This document shows, piece by piece, positions 10,378 through 20,783 of a DNA stretch of 64,000 nucleotides. Made by a program: the position numbers and the translations under genes. Position 1 is the stretch's first letter; each line of letters begins with the position of its first letter. Source of the stretch: Candidatus Brocadiia bacterium (GTDB lineage: Bacteria; Planctomycetota; Brocadiia; CAIUPP01); assembly GCA_050015075.1 (NCBI GenBank), contig JBEKCB010000003.1, forward strand, positions 64,001 to 128,000. The letters run 5' to 3'. Under the pieces are notes generated by a model. That model searched no databases, was not told the DNA's origin, and worked only from the letters and a program-made list of their open reading frames with translations.

Positions 10378-11120
10378 GTCGGAACTCCTTTTTCCGTCTC
10401 AGCGCCGTCGCCGGCGGCGGCCGACGCGGCGGAAGCGATCCCGTCGCTGCCGATGACGCCGTCGCGGATACGAATGATGCGCTTCGCGTGCGCCGCCACG
10501 CCCGGGTCGTGCGTGACCAGCAGGATCGTAATGCCCTGGTCGCGGTTCAGCTCTTCGAACATGCGCAGGATCTCCACGCTGCTCTTGGAGTCCAGGTTGC
10601 CGGTCGGCTCGTCGGCGAGGAGGAACTGCGGGCGGTTGATCAGCGACCGCGCGATGGCCACGCGCTGCTGTTGCCCGCCGGAGAGCTGCGAGGGTTCATG
10701 GTCCATGCGGTCGCCGAGGCCCACGCGTTTGAGCATCTCCGCCGCGCGCTCGCGCCGCTCGTGTTCCGTGCCGGTGTCGGCCGAGTAGCCGATCGGCATC
10801 ATCACGTTCTCCAGCGCGCTGGTTCGCGAGAGCAGGTTGAAAGTCTGGAAGACGAAGCCGATCATGCGGTTGCGCAAGTCCGCGCGCTCGTTGGCGGAGG
10901 CCCCGGAGATCTCGTTGCCGTCCAGCCAGTAGTTGCCGGAGGTCGGGTGGTCCAGGCAGCCGATGATGTTCATCAAGGTACTCTTCCCCGAGCCGCTGAC
11001 GCCCATGAGGGCGACCAGCTCGCCGCGCTCGATGGACAGCGAAATCCCCTTCAGCACCGGCAGGTCAATCTCGCCGAGGTGATAGGTCTTGTAGACGTCC
11101 TTGAGTCTGAGCAATTCCAT
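10374..11120 (-). CDS. ABC transporter ATP-binding protein (LolD/MacB type)
   Basis: GVSGSGKST, LSGGQQQRVAIAR and LADEPTGNLD motifs. Confidence 0.95.
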   Translation of the reverse strand: MELLRLKDVYKTYHLGEIDLPVLKGISLSIERGELVALMGVSGSGKSTLMNIIGCLDHPTSGNYWLDGNEISGASANERADLRNRMIGFVFQTFNLLSRTSALENVMMPIGYSADTGTEHERRERAAEMLKRVGLGDRMDHEPSQLSGGQQQRVAIARSLINRPQFLLADEPTGNLDSKSSVEILRMFEELNRDQGITILLVTHDPGVAAHAKRIIRIRDGVIGSDGIASAASAAAGDGAETEKGVPT

Positions 11121-11170
11121 GCTGCGATCCTTTGCTGGACGCTCCAGCCGGCTTGCGACGGCCCGCGAGA

Positions 11171-12553
11171 CTACCTCTTGCGCGCCGGCAACTGCGGCGT
11201 GAACGGGTTGGTGTTTGCGTTCGTGGCCTGCTGGACGGCCCCCGGCGTGATGTCGCCGGTGATGACCTCGAGGCCTTCATCGATCCCGTCGCCGGTGACC
11301 TCTGTGTTGAGGCCGTCGGTCATGCCCACCTTCACCGAGATCGACTTCACGTACGCGCCGTCAACCACCCAGACCCTCGCGCGCGTCCGGCGCGTGCCGG
11401 ACGCCTTGGCCTGCTGGCCGCTGTCGGCGCCGTCCTTCGACGTCTGCGCCTGCGCGTCGCCGCTGGAGGCGTCCGTCTGGCCCTTGCCGCCAGTGGCGCC
11501 GCGGGCGAACGGGCCCCGCTGCGCGGGCGTCGGCGTCCAGCGCAACGCGGCGTTGGGAACCAACAGGATTTTATCCTTCCGGCCCGTCTCGAACCACGCG
11601 TTGGCGGTGAGATAAGGCAGCAGCTTGCCGTTGCTGTTGTCGGTGGTGACCTCAACGGTATAAGTCACCACGTTCGAGGTCATCGTGGCGTTAAGCCGCA
11701 CCCGGTTCACGGTCCCGTCGAAGGTCTGGTTCGGGAAGGCGTCCACCGTGAACTTGACCGGCTGATTCTCGTAGATGCCGCCGACGTCCGCCTCGTTCAC
11801 CGCCGCCCAGATCTCCAGTTTCGTGAGGTCCTTGGCGATCAGGAACAGGCTCGGCGAACTTAAGCTGGAGACCACCGTCTCGCCGATATTGACGCGCCGG
11901 TCAATGATGGTGCCTTTGACCGGCGAGGTGATCGTGCAGTAGGCCAGGTTGGTCTTGCATTGGTCCACGGCGGCCTTGTCCTGAGCCACGACGGCTTCGG
12001 CCACCTTGATATTGGCGACGTCCTCTTCCACGTTGGCCTTCGCCGTTTCGAAGGTGGCCTTATACTGGTCGTAAGTCGTATCGGCGAGCGCCCCGGTCTT
12101 GGTGTTCCAGAGGGTCTGCGCCCGGTTCCAATCGTTCGTGGCCTGTTCGAGCACCGCCTTCTTCATCTCCAGGTCCGCCTGCGCTTTCGGCACGGCCGCC
12201 TCGGCCTGCTCCAGAATCGCCTGCGCCGAGTCCAGGGCGGCTTGATAGATCTGAGGGTCTATCCTCGCCAGGACCGTGTCCTCCGACACCACCGAATCGT
12301 AGTCCACCGGCTTGCCGTTCACGTCCGTGCCGAAGGAGCGGATGACGCCGGCGACCTGCGCGCCGACGTCCACGACCTCGATCGGCTCGATCGTCCCGGT
12401 CGCCGAGACCGTGGAGACAATGTCGCCGCGCGTGACCGCCGCGAGCCTGAATTTCGCGGTGGTTTCGGCCTCGCGATGGGCATACCAGTACACTCCGGCT
12501 CCAATGCCGCCCAGCACGATTACGACCAGGACGATTATGATCGCGTTTCGCAT
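11171..12553 (-). CDS. MacA-like periplasmic adaptor (membrane fusion protein)
   Basis: N-terminal TM segment, VDVGAQVAG, ITSPVKGTII, coiled-coil hairpin. Confidence 0.92.
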   Translation of the reverse strand: MRNAIIIVLVVIVLGGIGAGVYWYAHREAETTAKFRLAAVTRGDIVSTVSATGTIEPIEVVDVGAQVAGVIRSFGTDVNGKPVDYDSVVSEDTVLARIDPQIYQAALDSAQAILEQAEAAVPKAQADLEMKKAVLEQATNDWNRAQTLWNTKTGALADTTYDQYKATFETAKANVEEDVANIKVAEAVVAQDKAAVDQCKTNLAYCTITSPVKGTIIDRRVNIGETVVSSLSSPSLFLIAKDLTKLEIWAAVNEADVGGIYENQPVKFTVDAFPNQTFDGTVNRVRLNATMTSNVVTYTVEVTTDNSNGKLLPYLTANAWFETGRKDKILLVPNAALRWTPTPAQRGPFARGATGGKGQTDASSGDAQAQTSKDGADSGQQAKASGTRRTRARVWVVDGAYVKSISVKVGMTDGLNTEVTGDGIDEGLEVITGDITPGAVQQATNANTNPFTPQLPARKR

Positions 12554-12561
12554 GGTTTCAC

Positions 12562-13074
12562 CTATCGCTCCAAAGTTTGGGCGCTTTGCAGGCGGCGCGC
12601 GCCGCCGGCGTCGGCGTTATAGGCCTTCAGGTGGTCATCCAGTTGATCCAGCAGCCGGGCGAGCGTGGCCTGTTGCCGCAGGGTCAGGCCTCGCATGAGC
12701 GCCTGGATCTCCCCGGCGTGCACGGCGAGCACGCGCTCGATCACCGCGCGGCCTTCGTCCGTCAGCCGGACGCGCCGCACGCGCAAATCCTCCTCCTCCT
12801 TGCTCCGCGCGACCAGGCCTTCGCGCTCGAGACGGTCCACCACGCCGGTGACGCTGGGCGGCTGGATAAAGAGCCGCTCGCCCAGGTCGCGCAGCCGCAT
12901 CCCGCCTGCGGCGCCTTCCTGCTCGGACCGGTGCAGCACGATCAGCACCGCCCACTGCGGCCGGCTGATGCCGAAACGGGCGAAATACGGCTCCATCGCC
13001 TTCTTCAGCGACCCGAAGGCGCGCAGCAGGGACCGATGGGCATGCTCGGCGGGCAGCATTTTTATCGCACCCAT
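12562..13074 (-). CDS. MarR-family transcriptional regulator
   Basis: QWAVL, SVTGVVDRLEREGLV and DLRVRRVRLTDEG winged-helix pattern. Confidence 0.9.
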   Translation of the reverse strand: MGAIKMLPAEHAHRSLLRAFGSLKKAMEPYFARFGISRPQWAVLIVLHRSEQEGAAGGMRLRDLGERLFIQPPSVTGVVDRLEREGLVARSKEEEDLRVRRVRLTDEGRAVIERVLAVHAGEIQALMRGLTLRQQATLARLLDQLDDHLKAYNADAGGARRLQSAQTLER

Positions 13075-13111
13075 GGCAACTCCATCCTCTGGTTTGGCAC
13101 TGCTGACCGGA

Positions 13112-13162
13112 TAGTTCGTTTGCTAACTAACCAATATTACACCTTCCGCCGCGCCCTGTCAA
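13112..13162 (-). promoter_or_regulatory. Sigma70 promoter and putative MarR operator of the efflux operon
   Basis: TTGACA(13162-13157)-N17-TAATAT(13139-13134); inverted repeat TAGTT-N8-AACTA at 13112-13129 near the predicted transcription start. Confidence 0.7.
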
Positions 13163-13194
13163 GTCAATGCGGTAAGGAGTCTGCCGCCGGGCGG

Positions 13195-14649
13195 TTACAC
13201 GTGGAACACTTTCCCGGAATCGGGCGGTTCGTGGAGGTATCGGTCCAGCAGCGCCAGCGTGCCCTCGAGGCCGCCGGCCAGGTCCACGTCCAGCGCGTTG
13301 ACCCGGTCGGCGTTGTGGTCGAGCCAGCTCCGCACGATCTGCAATTCCTCGCGCTCCGGCTCGGCCACCGGCTGGCCCGCCGGCTTTTTCGGCCCGAAGA
13401 AGAATTCCGCGAGCAGCGGTCGGAGGCGCTCGCGCGCCTCGGCGCGCGGGAGCTTCACCCGGCGCATCGCGCGGTTGCCGTCGAGCAGAAAGATCTCCAC
13501 CTCGCCGGCATCCGGCGCGGGCAGCATCAGCAGGACTCGGCGCGCGGGTCCTTTCGACGCTTCGGGGCGGTCATGCACGTCGAACTGGATATTGATCGCC
13601 GGCTGGAGCGCGCGGAGCGCGCGCTGTTCCGCAAGCCGCGCGGCGAGCTCGGAGCCGGTTTCCTCGATCTCGACGCGCGAGAGCGCCTCGAGGATGCGCT
13701 CGGTCTTCTCGTCGCGCTCGATCCGCGGGCGAAAGTAGCTCTGCACGCGCGCGCGGAGGTTCGAAGCCTTCCCGACGTAGATCGCCGTGCCGTTCGCGTC
13801 GCGCATGATGTAGATGCCCGGAGACTCCGGCAGGCCGGCGATGAAGCCGTGGTCGAACTCGAAGCGGGAGAAGTCCGCCTCAATCTTCTTCGGGTGCTGC
13901 AGCTCCGTCCAGCCCTCCGGCTCGCCGAGGCCGAAGCTCTCCTTGCGGGCCAGCATGGCCGAAAGCATCTCCGCCGTCGCGCGGGCCGTGGCGGCGGCGC
14001 CGGCGACCTCGCGCGCCGGCAGGCCCAGCCGCGCGGCGAGCGCCTCGCGCGAATCCGTCTTCAGCCCCGGCGCACGTTTCCCCAGCCGCTCGAGCGACAG
14101 CGGCTGCGGCGTCTCGTCCGGCTCCGCGATCGCGCGCGCCACGGCGGACTGGAATCCGCCGATGCGGTACGCGACCACGACGGACCCGCGAGCGAAGTCG
14201 GCGGCCTGCAGCACGGCCGCCGTCAGCGGCGGCCCTGCGAGGACCGCCTTCTTGATCTGCGGCGGAAGAATCAGGTCCGGCGGCCACGGGTCGTCCGGCC
14301 GAATGGCCGAACTGACCGTCTGTCCCGCGCGGCCGGCCGCGTCCACACGCAACGCGGCCCAGGCGATGAAGTAATGCCGCGCGCCGGCGGCGACTTCCGT
14401 CGCCTCGATGACCGTGTAGTCCGAACCGGCGGCCGTGGCCGGCCCGGAGCGGTTCACGCGCCACCTTCCATCGGGGCCGAGGACCAGGCGCGGGTCGCCG
14501 GAGAGCACGTTGCCGATCAGCCGCGCGCAGAGCTGCGGCGGCGCCGACATGGGTGAGAGAAAGACGGTCGCCAGTTCCTGAGCATCAACGCCGTCCGGCC
14601 CCCGGGCGGCGACGTAAGCGGCGATCTTGTCCACGATGGAGCGGTTCAC
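13195..14649 (-). CDS. Degenerate DnaQ-like exonuclease domain fused to a GIY-YIG (UvrC/Cho-like) nuclease
   Basis: LPESPGIYIM...IYVGKASNLRARVQSYF; GTG start overlaps the rluA stop (GTGA). Confidence 0.75.
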   Translation of the reverse strand: MNRSIVDKIAAYVAARGPDGVDAQELATVFLSPMSAPPQLCARLIGNVLSGDPRLVLGPDGRWRVNRSGPATAAGSDYTVIEATEVAAGARHYFIAWAALRVDAAGRAGQTVSSAIRPDDPWPPDLILPPQIKKAVLAGPPLTAAVLQAADFARGSVVVAYRIGGFQSAVARAIAEPDETPQPLSLERLGKRAPGLKTDSREALAARLGLPAREVAGAAATARATAEMLSAMLARKESFGLGEPEGWTELQHPKKIEADFSRFEFDHGFIAGLPESPGIYIMRDANGTAIYVGKASNLRARVQSYFRPRIERDEKTERILEALSRVEIEETGSELAARLAEQRALRALQPAINIQFDVHDRPEASKGPARRVLLMLPAPDAGEVEIFLLDGNRAMRRVKLPRAEARERLRPLLAEFFFGPKKPAGQPVAEPEREELQIVRSWLDHNADRVNALDVDLAGGLEGTLALLDRYLHEPPDSGKVFHV

Positions 14650-15758
14650 GTTGCGCGCAAAGCCTCCAACAGGCACTGCAGGTCCGGCGGCAGCGGCGCC
14701 TCAATCGTCACCGGGCTGCCGGTGACCGGGTGGTTGAACCGGATCCGATGGGCGTGGAGCGCCTGCCGGCTCAGCAGCAGGCGGTCCTCCTCGCCCGGCG
14801 CGAGCGGCCCGAGGTCCGAGCGGCGCAGCTCGGCGCGCAGGCCGTAGCGCTTGTCGCAGACGACCGGGTGGCCGATGGCCTGCAGGTGCACGCGGATTTG
14901 GTGCATGCGGCCGGTGAACAGGCGGCAGCGCAGGCAGGTGAAGCCGCGGAACCGCTCGAGCACCTGGTAGCCGGTGCGGCTGGTCTGGCCGCCGGGATGC
15001 ACGGTGACTTGCGCCTGGTCGTGCGGCGTGTCCGGCCGCCGCCCGATGGGCAGGTCAATCACCCCGGAATCCTGCTCCACCGCGCCCTCGGCGATCGTGA
15101 AATACTCCTTGACGACCTGCGTCCGCTCGAAGACCAGCGGCGAGGCGCGCTCATGGCGGCGCATCTTGTACGCGATGAGCACGCCGCTCGTCTCGCGGTC
15201 TATGCGGTGCGCCAGCCGCGGGATGATGTCCTTCTTCGGGTCGTGCAGGTCGCGGTAACGCAGGTGGAGCGCGTTGATGAGCGTGTCGTAGCGGTGGCGG
15301 CCGGCGGGATGGACGACGAGGTGCGGCGGCTTGTTGAGGATGATGAGCAGGTCGTCCTCGTAGAGGATCTCCAGCGGGATCTCGGCGATGCGGTACGCGG
15401 CCTCCGGCGGCGGCGGGAGCGGCAGGCGGATTTCCTCGCCGAGCTTGACGCGGTACGAGCAATCGAGGCGGATTCCGCCGGCGGTGACCTCGCGCTCGGC
15501 GATCAATTCCTGCACCTTCGTCCTCGAGCGCCAGTGCAGGCGCATCTTCAGGAACTGGTCGAGGCGCATGCGGGCCTGGTCGGGATAGACGTGGAAGATC
15601 TCCGCCTCCTGCGGCACGATCAGCTTGTCGGGCGTCTTGCGGGCGACGCGGCGCGGCCCCTTGCGACGCTTCGACGAATGCGCGGGGCCGACCTGAGCCG
15701 CGTCGAGCGGGCGGCGCTTCGGTTCCACGGAGGCATTGTCGCGCGCGGACTTTTCCAT
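14646..15758 (-). CDS. RluA/RluD-family pseudouridine synthase
   Basis: S4-like domain, NKPPHLVVHP, HRIDRETSG, TGRMHQIRVH and RQALHA motifs. Confidence 0.93.
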   Translation of the reverse strand: MEKSARDNASVEPKRRPLDAAQVGPAHSSKRRKGPRRVARKTPDKLIVPQEAEIFHVYPDQARMRLDQFLKMRLHWRSRTKVQELIAEREVTAGGIRLDCSYRVKLGEEIRLPLPPPPEAAYRIAEIPLEILYEDDLLIILNKPPHLVVHPAGRHRYDTLINALHLRYRDLHDPKKDIIPRLAHRIDRETSGVLIAYKMRRHERASPLVFERTQVVKEYFTIAEGAVEQDSGVIDLPIGRRPDTPHDQAQVTVHPGGQTSRTGYQVLERFRGFTCLRCRLFTGRMHQIRVHLQAIGHPVVCDKRYGLRAELRRSDLGPLAPGEEDRLLLSRQALHAHRIRFNHPVTGSPVTIEAPLPPDLQCLLEALRAT

Positions 15759-15950
15759 GAGGACGGAGCATACCGGCGCGCGGCGCCAGCGTCAAGATGA
15801 CTCAAGAAAACGCCGGAAACGCCGATGATCCTACAGGAGCCGCCGAGCCCGCGCCCGGAGGGCGGGAATATTGACACTTGCCGGCGACCGTGCTACGTTG
15901 AACCCGGCATTCGAGATGCCGGGAAGCGACGCCGGTGAAAGACGGAGGAG

Positions 15951-17231
15951 ATGATGACCGGGGAGCAACATCGCGATCCGCCCTGTGCTGAAAGTTACGC
16001 GCTCGAGAGAATCCTCAAGGAAGTCAGCGACATCGTCAGCCTGCTCGAAGACGCCGAGAAGGTGATGAACGAGCTGGTCCGGCTGACGACGCGCCTCCTG
16101 AAGGTGGGCAATTGCTCGCTGGTGCTGGTGGAGCCGGGGACGGACGTGCTGCGCATTCACGCCTCATATGGGATGGACCCGGAAATCCAGCGGACGTGGC
16201 GCGCGCGCATCGGTGAGGGCATCACCGGCTGGGTCGCGCAGACCGGCAAGCCGCTGCTGATCGAGAACGTCGAGACGCACCCGCTCTTCCAGCGCAAGAG
16301 CCGCCGGCGGTACAGCACCAAGTCGCTGCTCTCGGTGCCGCTGATTTACCAGAAGCGCGTGCTCGGCGTGCTGAACGTCAACAACCGGAACGACGCCGGC
16401 ATCTTCACGCAATCGGACGAGCTGCTCCTCTCGACGCTGGCGAACTTCATCGTGATCGCGATCCAGAAGTCCTGGATGCGCGCGAAGATCCTCCAAGGCG
16501 AGCGGCACGAGGCGGACCTGCGCGTAGCGCGCGAGATCCAGGAGCAGGTCCTGCCCGCGCAACTGCCGAGCCGCGAACGCTGGGAATTTTCGGCGCGGAA
16601 TCTCCCCGCGCGGTGGATCGCCGGCGACTTCTTCGACGCGATCCCCGTCGCGGACGACCGGACCTGCGTGGTGATCGGCGATGTCTGCGGCAAAGGCGTA
16701 CCCGCCGCGCTGTACATGGCCCGCGTCATGGCGTACTGCCGCGTGGTCAGCCAGGTGCGCCGCACCGCCGGCGGCATCCTCGCGTTCGTCAACGACCTGC
16801 TCGCCTCGGAGTGGACCGATCTCACATTCGTGACCGCGCTGGCGTGCGTCTTCGACAACCGCAGCGGCCGGATCACCTTCTGCTCGGCCGGCCATCCGAT
16901 GCCGTACCGGGTGCGCGAATCCACCGGCGAGGTCAGCGTCGTCGAGGCCGGCCATGGGCTGCCGCTGGGCGTCGAGAGCGGCTCGTCCTTCGAGGACGTG
17001 GGCATCGAGGCGCAGCCCGGCGACGCGTTCGTCCTCTACACCGACGGCATCACCGAGGCAAAGAATACCGACGGCGAGATCTTCCACGAAAAACGCCTCC
17101 AGGACGTGTTGCGGGGCCACCGCGGCCGGCCGGAGACTCTGACCCAGAGCATCTTGACGGCCGTGCAGACTTTCACCGGCCGCGAGCCGCAGTCCGATGA
17201 TTTGACGCTCGTCACGATCAAACACACGTGA
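15951..17231 (+). CDS. GAF + SpoIIE/PP2C phosphatase (RsbU-like)
   Basis: GAF domain (GEGITGWVA, LLSVPL); GDFFD, GDVCGKG, YTDGITEA and SDDLT motifs. Confidence 0.92.
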   Translation: MMTGEQHRDPPCAESYALERILKEVSDIVSLLEDAEKVMNELVRLTTRLLKVGNCSLVLVEPGTDVLRIHASYGMDPEIQRTWRARIGEGITGWVAQTGKPLLIENVETHPLFQRKSRRRYSTKSLLSVPLIYQKRVLGVLNVNNRNDAGIFTQSDELLLSTLANFIVIAIQKSWMRAKILQGERHEADLRVAREIQEQVLPAQLPSRERWEFSARNLPARWIAGDFFDAIPVADDRTCVVIGDVCGKGVPAALYMARVMAYCRVVSQVRRTAGGILAFVNDLLASEWTDLTFVTALACVFDNRSGRITFCSAGHPMPYRVRESTGEVSVVEAGHGLPLGVESGSSFEDVGIEAQPGDAFVLYTDGITEAKNTDGEIFHEKRLQDVLRGHRGRPETLTQSILTAVQTFTGREPQSDDLTLVTIKHT

Positions 17232-17238
17232 ACGCCGG

Positions 17239-17904
17239 ATGCCGACCGCGCATGGGCGAATGAGAGGCGGGGTGGACTTGGCCGGAGCGGCGCGCGCCAC
17301 CGCGCGCTGCGCGGGGATCCTCTGTCTTCTGGCCGGCCTGGCCGGCTGCGGCGGCGCCTCGCAGGTCCAGGTAGACCGCCAGATTGAGCTGCCGGCGCAA
17401 CCCGCGCAATGGGTGGTCGCGGTCTTTCCGCTGGACGAGTCGGGCACGAAAAAGACGACCGAGGAGTACACCATCTACGGGCGCACGGGCGCGCAGGGCA
17501 GCGGGGCGATGCTCGCGCGCTCCATTTCGCGGGCGGTCGGCGCGAGCGGCCGGTTCCGCAGCATTGATGAAACGGCGATCCGTAACCTGATGCTGGATGA
17601 GAAGCTCACCTCGGCGGAATTCTCCGCCTTGGACGATGAGCGCGCCGGCGAACTGGGGCGCAAGCTCGGCGCAAACCTGGTCGTGCGCGGCAAGGTCGCC
17701 GCGTTCGAGCGGTCCTGGCTCCTCTTCATGCCCAAGACGACGGTGCGCCTGGAATTGCGCGGCCTCGACCCGGCCACAGGCGAGACGCTCTGGAGCGCCA
17801 CCGTCGGCGTCTCTTCCACGTCGCGCTCCCAGGCGACCTGGATTTCCACCCTCTCCGCCGACGCCCTCAGCGCCATCACCGAAGGGATCGGCGCGCCTCG
17901 GTAA
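17239..17904 (+). CDS. Lipoprotein, CsgG/TolB-N-like fold
   Basis: Lipobox LAGC; VAVFPL...LGRKLGANLVVRGKV...D..TGETLW pattern; start uncertain. Confidence 0.6.
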   Translation: MPTAHGRMRGGVDLAGAARATARCAGILCLLAGLAGCGGASQVQVDRQIELPAQPAQWVVAVFPLDESGTKKTTEEYTIYGRTGAQGSGAMLARSISRAVGASGRFRSIDETAIRNLMLDEKLTSAEFSALDDERAGELGRKLGANLVVRGKVAAFERSWLLFMPKTTVRLELRGLDPATGETLWSATVGVSSTSRSQATWISTLSADALSAITEGIGAPR

Positions 17905-17930
17905 GCCGGCCGGCGCCCCTCATTTTTTTC

Positions 17931-17959
17931 TTGACACGCGCCCCCGGCCGTCCTATTAT
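17931..17959 (+). promoter_or_regulatory. Sigma70 promoter of spoVG
   Basis: TTGACA-N17-TATTAT. Confidence 0.65.
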
Positions 17960-18054
17960 TGACTCAAGAGCCGCAGGCGGGGAAAAAGGGCAGAACTGCC
18001 GCCGGCGGGCGGGCGAACGACATCCGAGGGCTTGGCGATCAGGAGGGGAGCCCG

Positions 18055-18543
18055 ATGGAGATCACGGACGTTCGAATCCGGCTCATCGAGGATAAAACGG
18101 AACGTCTCCGCGCCTTCTGCACCATGACGCTCGACCGGGAGTTCGTCGTACGCGACATCAAGATCATTGACGGGGCGAAAGGCTTGTTTGTCGCGATGCC
18201 CAGCCGCAAGCTGGCGGACCACTGCTTGAAGTGCCACAGCAAAAACCACCTGCGCGCGAAGTTCTGCAACGAGTGCGGAGCCCGGCTGCCGGGAAAGCGC
18301 GCGCCGGACCCGGCCGAGGCGAGCGGCAAACTCCACGTGGACGTCGCCCACCCGATCAACAGCGAGTGCCGCGCGCGGTTTCAGAAGGTGCTCCTCGACG
18401 CGTTTCACACCGAGGTGGAAAAGGCGAAGACCCCAGGTTACGTCCCGCCGGACCTGCATGAGCCGGAAGAGGAAGCCCATCATCCGAAGCCGGGTCCCGG
18501 GCAGCCGCCCGCCGCCGAAGTCAGCGTCGAGCCGCAGACTTAG
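18055..18543 (+). CDS. spoVG: SpoVG-family protein with zinc-ribbon insertion
   Basis: MEITDVRI, GLFVAMPSRK and DVAHPIN motifs; CxxC...CxxC insert; AGGAGG RBS. Confidence 0.88.
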   Translation: MEITDVRIRLIEDKTERLRAFCTMTLDREFVVRDIKIIDGAKGLFVAMPSRKLADHCLKCHSKNHLRAKFCNECGARLPGKRAPDPAEASGKLHVDVAHPINSECRARFQKVLLDAFHTEVEKAKTPGYVPPDLHEPEEEAHHPKPGPGQPPAAEVSVEPQT

Positions 18544-19061
18544 AACTCGTCCTTGCCCGTCAGCTCCTTCTCCATCTCGTCGGCCGCTTCCACCGTCAGC
18601 CGCAGCGCGCTGATGAACGATTCGTCGCTGCTGTCCGCCGGGATCTTCGTGACGAACATTGCGTAGTAGCCGTCCTTATCCTTCTGCATCACCCACGCGC
18701 CGAGCTTCTTGTCATTGTTGTCCGACAGCAGCCGGTCGGCCACCTCCGCGGTGAACGGCGCGGCGGACCGGTACGCCGGCGACAGGATTTCTCGAATTTC
18801 CAGGTTCATGTACCGATAGGTCGCCGAGCTGATGATCACGACCTGGCTGCGGCCGTTCTTGAAGGTGAAGGTCACTTTGAAGTTGCCGGACCGGGTGAGT
18901 TCGTACCCAATCTTGCGCGCCTCGAGTATCTGCTTGATGCGCGGGTCCGGCGCGCTCTTCTGGTCCGGCGGCGCGGTCGTCTCCGGCGCAGGCGCCGTCT
19001 GCGCGTTCGCCGCCTGCCAGAGGAACGCCAGCCCCGCGAGCGTCAGGATAAGCTTTCGCAT
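18540..19061 (-). CDS. Secreted hypothetical protein (YbjN/T3SS-chaperone-like fold)
   Basis: Signal peptide ending AANA; GRSQVVII, LGAW and ADEMEKELTGKDEF patterns. Confidence 0.6.
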   Translation of the reverse strand: MRKLILTLAGLAFLWQAANAQTAPAPETTAPPDQKSAPDPRIKQILEARKIGYELTRSGNFKVTFTFKNGRSQVVIISSATYRYMNLEIREILSPAYRSAAPFTAEVADRLLSDNNDKKLGAWVMQKDKDGYYAMFVTKIPADSSDESFISALRLTVEAADEMEKELTGKDEF

Positions 19062-19249
19062 CGTTTTCCTCCCGGGCGAACCGGGGTCCGGGTCGCCCAC
19101 CGTTCATCGTCCTTGCGCGATCGCATCCGCAAAATCGCAGTTTCCAGGTGAAAAGTCAAGGTGGAAAAATCCCGCGGCATGAAGTAACATCTCGCCGGTC
19201 GGATGTAATCCAAAAAGACGGCCGAGGCCGAATTATCGGAGAAACGATC

Positions 19250-20728
19250 ATGTCCAATGCCAAGCAGTTCCTGGCGGTTGATCTGGGCGCCGAGAGCGGC
19301 CGCGTGATGCGCGGATCGCTCGCCGGCGGGCGGCTGCAGATCGCGGAAGCGCACCGTTTCGCCAACGGCCCGCTGCAACAGGGCGAGTCGCTCCGGTGGG
19401 ACTTCGCGAAGATCCTGGCGGGCGTCAAGCGCGGCATCGCGCTCGGCGTGGAGCAGAGCGGAAAGGAGATCGCGGGAATCTCCGTGGACAGTTGGGGCGT
19501 GGATTTCGGCCTGCTCGACGCGCGCGGCGAACTCGTGGAGAACCCGTATCACTACCGCGACGCCCAGACCGAAGGGATGCTCGAGGAGGCGTTCCGGCGC
19601 GTGCCGAAACGCGAAGTGTACGCGCGGACGGGCATCGAGATCCGGCGGATCAACTCGCTCTTCCAGCTCCTGGCCATGCGCCTGCGCAAGGACCCGGCGC
19701 TCGCGCGGGCGCGCCGGCTGATGTTCATGGCCGACCTCGTGGCGCACGCGCTCTGCGACGAAATCTTCGCGGAGTACACGCTGGCGAGCACCTCGCAGAT
19801 GGCGGACATGCACACGGGCGAGTGGTCGGCGGAGCTGCTCGCGCGGCTCGACCTCCCGGCGGAGCTTCTGCCGCAGATCGTCAAACCAGGCACGGTCGTC
19901 GGCCGGCTGACCGCCGCGGTCGCCGCCGAGTGCGACTGCGGGCGCGTGCCGGTCATCGCCTCCGGCTCACACGACACCGGCTGCGCGGTGGCCGCCGTGC
20001 CGGCCGAAGGAGAAGGCTGGGCCTATCTCTCCAGCGGCACGTGGTCGCTGGCCGGCGTCGAGCTGAAACAGGCCGTGATCACCGACGCGAGTTTCGCGGA
20101 CAATATCACCAACGAGGGCGGCGTGGAAGGCACAATCCGTTTCCTCACGAGCCTGGCCGGCCTGTGGCTGGTGCAGGAGTGCCGGCGCCAGTGGCAGCGC
20201 GAGGGAAGCGATTTTTCGTACGCGAAGCTGACGGAGATGGCGCGCGCGGCGCGGCCGTTCGCGGCGCGGATCGAGCCGAACGACGACTGTTTCACCGCGG
20301 CCGGAGACATGCCGGCGCGGATTAACCGTTATCTGGAGCAGACCGGCCAGCCGCCGCTGTCGGACAAGGGCGAGATCGTCCGCAGCATTCTCGAGTCGCT
20401 GGCTTTCACGTACCGGCGGACGCTCGACAAGGTCGAGGCGATGACCGGCCGGCCCAGCCGCGTGCTGCACATCGTGGGCGGCGGCGCGCAGAATGTGCTG
20501 CTCAACCAGTTCGCCGCCGACGCGACGGGGCGCGAGGTGATCGCCGGCCCGATCGAGGCGACCTCAATCGGCAATATGCTGATGCAGGCGAAGGCCGTCG
20601 GCGCGATCGGCTCGCTGGCGGAACTCCGCACCGTCGTGCGCGACTCGTTCCCGACGCAGCGCTACGTCCCCGGCCAGGTCGAGGCGTGGGAAAGCGAGCG
20701 CCAATCCAGAGCAGTGTCCGGGAAGTAA
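19250..20728 (+). CDS. rhaB: Rhamnulokinase (FGGY family)
   Basis: LAVDLGAESGR, DSWGVDF, SHDTGCAV, YLSSGTWSL, TNEGG and GPIEATSIGN motifs. Confidence 0.85.
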   Translation: MSNAKQFLAVDLGAESGRVMRGSLAGGRLQIAEAHRFANGPLQQGESLRWDFAKILAGVKRGIALGVEQSGKEIAGISVDSWGVDFGLLDARGELVENPYHYRDAQTEGMLEEAFRRVPKREVYARTGIEIRRINSLFQLLAMRLRKDPALARARRLMFMADLVAHALCDEIFAEYTLASTSQMADMHTGEWSAELLARLDLPAELLPQIVKPGTVVGRLTAAVAAECDCGRVPVIASGSHDTGCAVAAVPAEGEGWAYLSSGTWSLAGVELKQAVITDASFADNITNEGGVEGTIRFLTSLAGLWLVQECRRQWQREGSDFSYAKLTEMARAARPFAARIEPNDDCFTAAGDMPARINRYLEQTGQPPLSDKGEIVRSILESLAFTYRRTLDKVEAMTGRPSRVLHIVGGGAQNVLLNQFAADATGREVIAGPIEATSIGNMLMQAKAVGAIGSLAELRTVVRDSFPTQRYVPGQVEAWESERQSRAVSGK

Positions 20729-20783
20729 TATACATAAGTCCAGCCTGCGTCATGTCGCGCGCAGTACTCTGCGCGCTCTGGCT

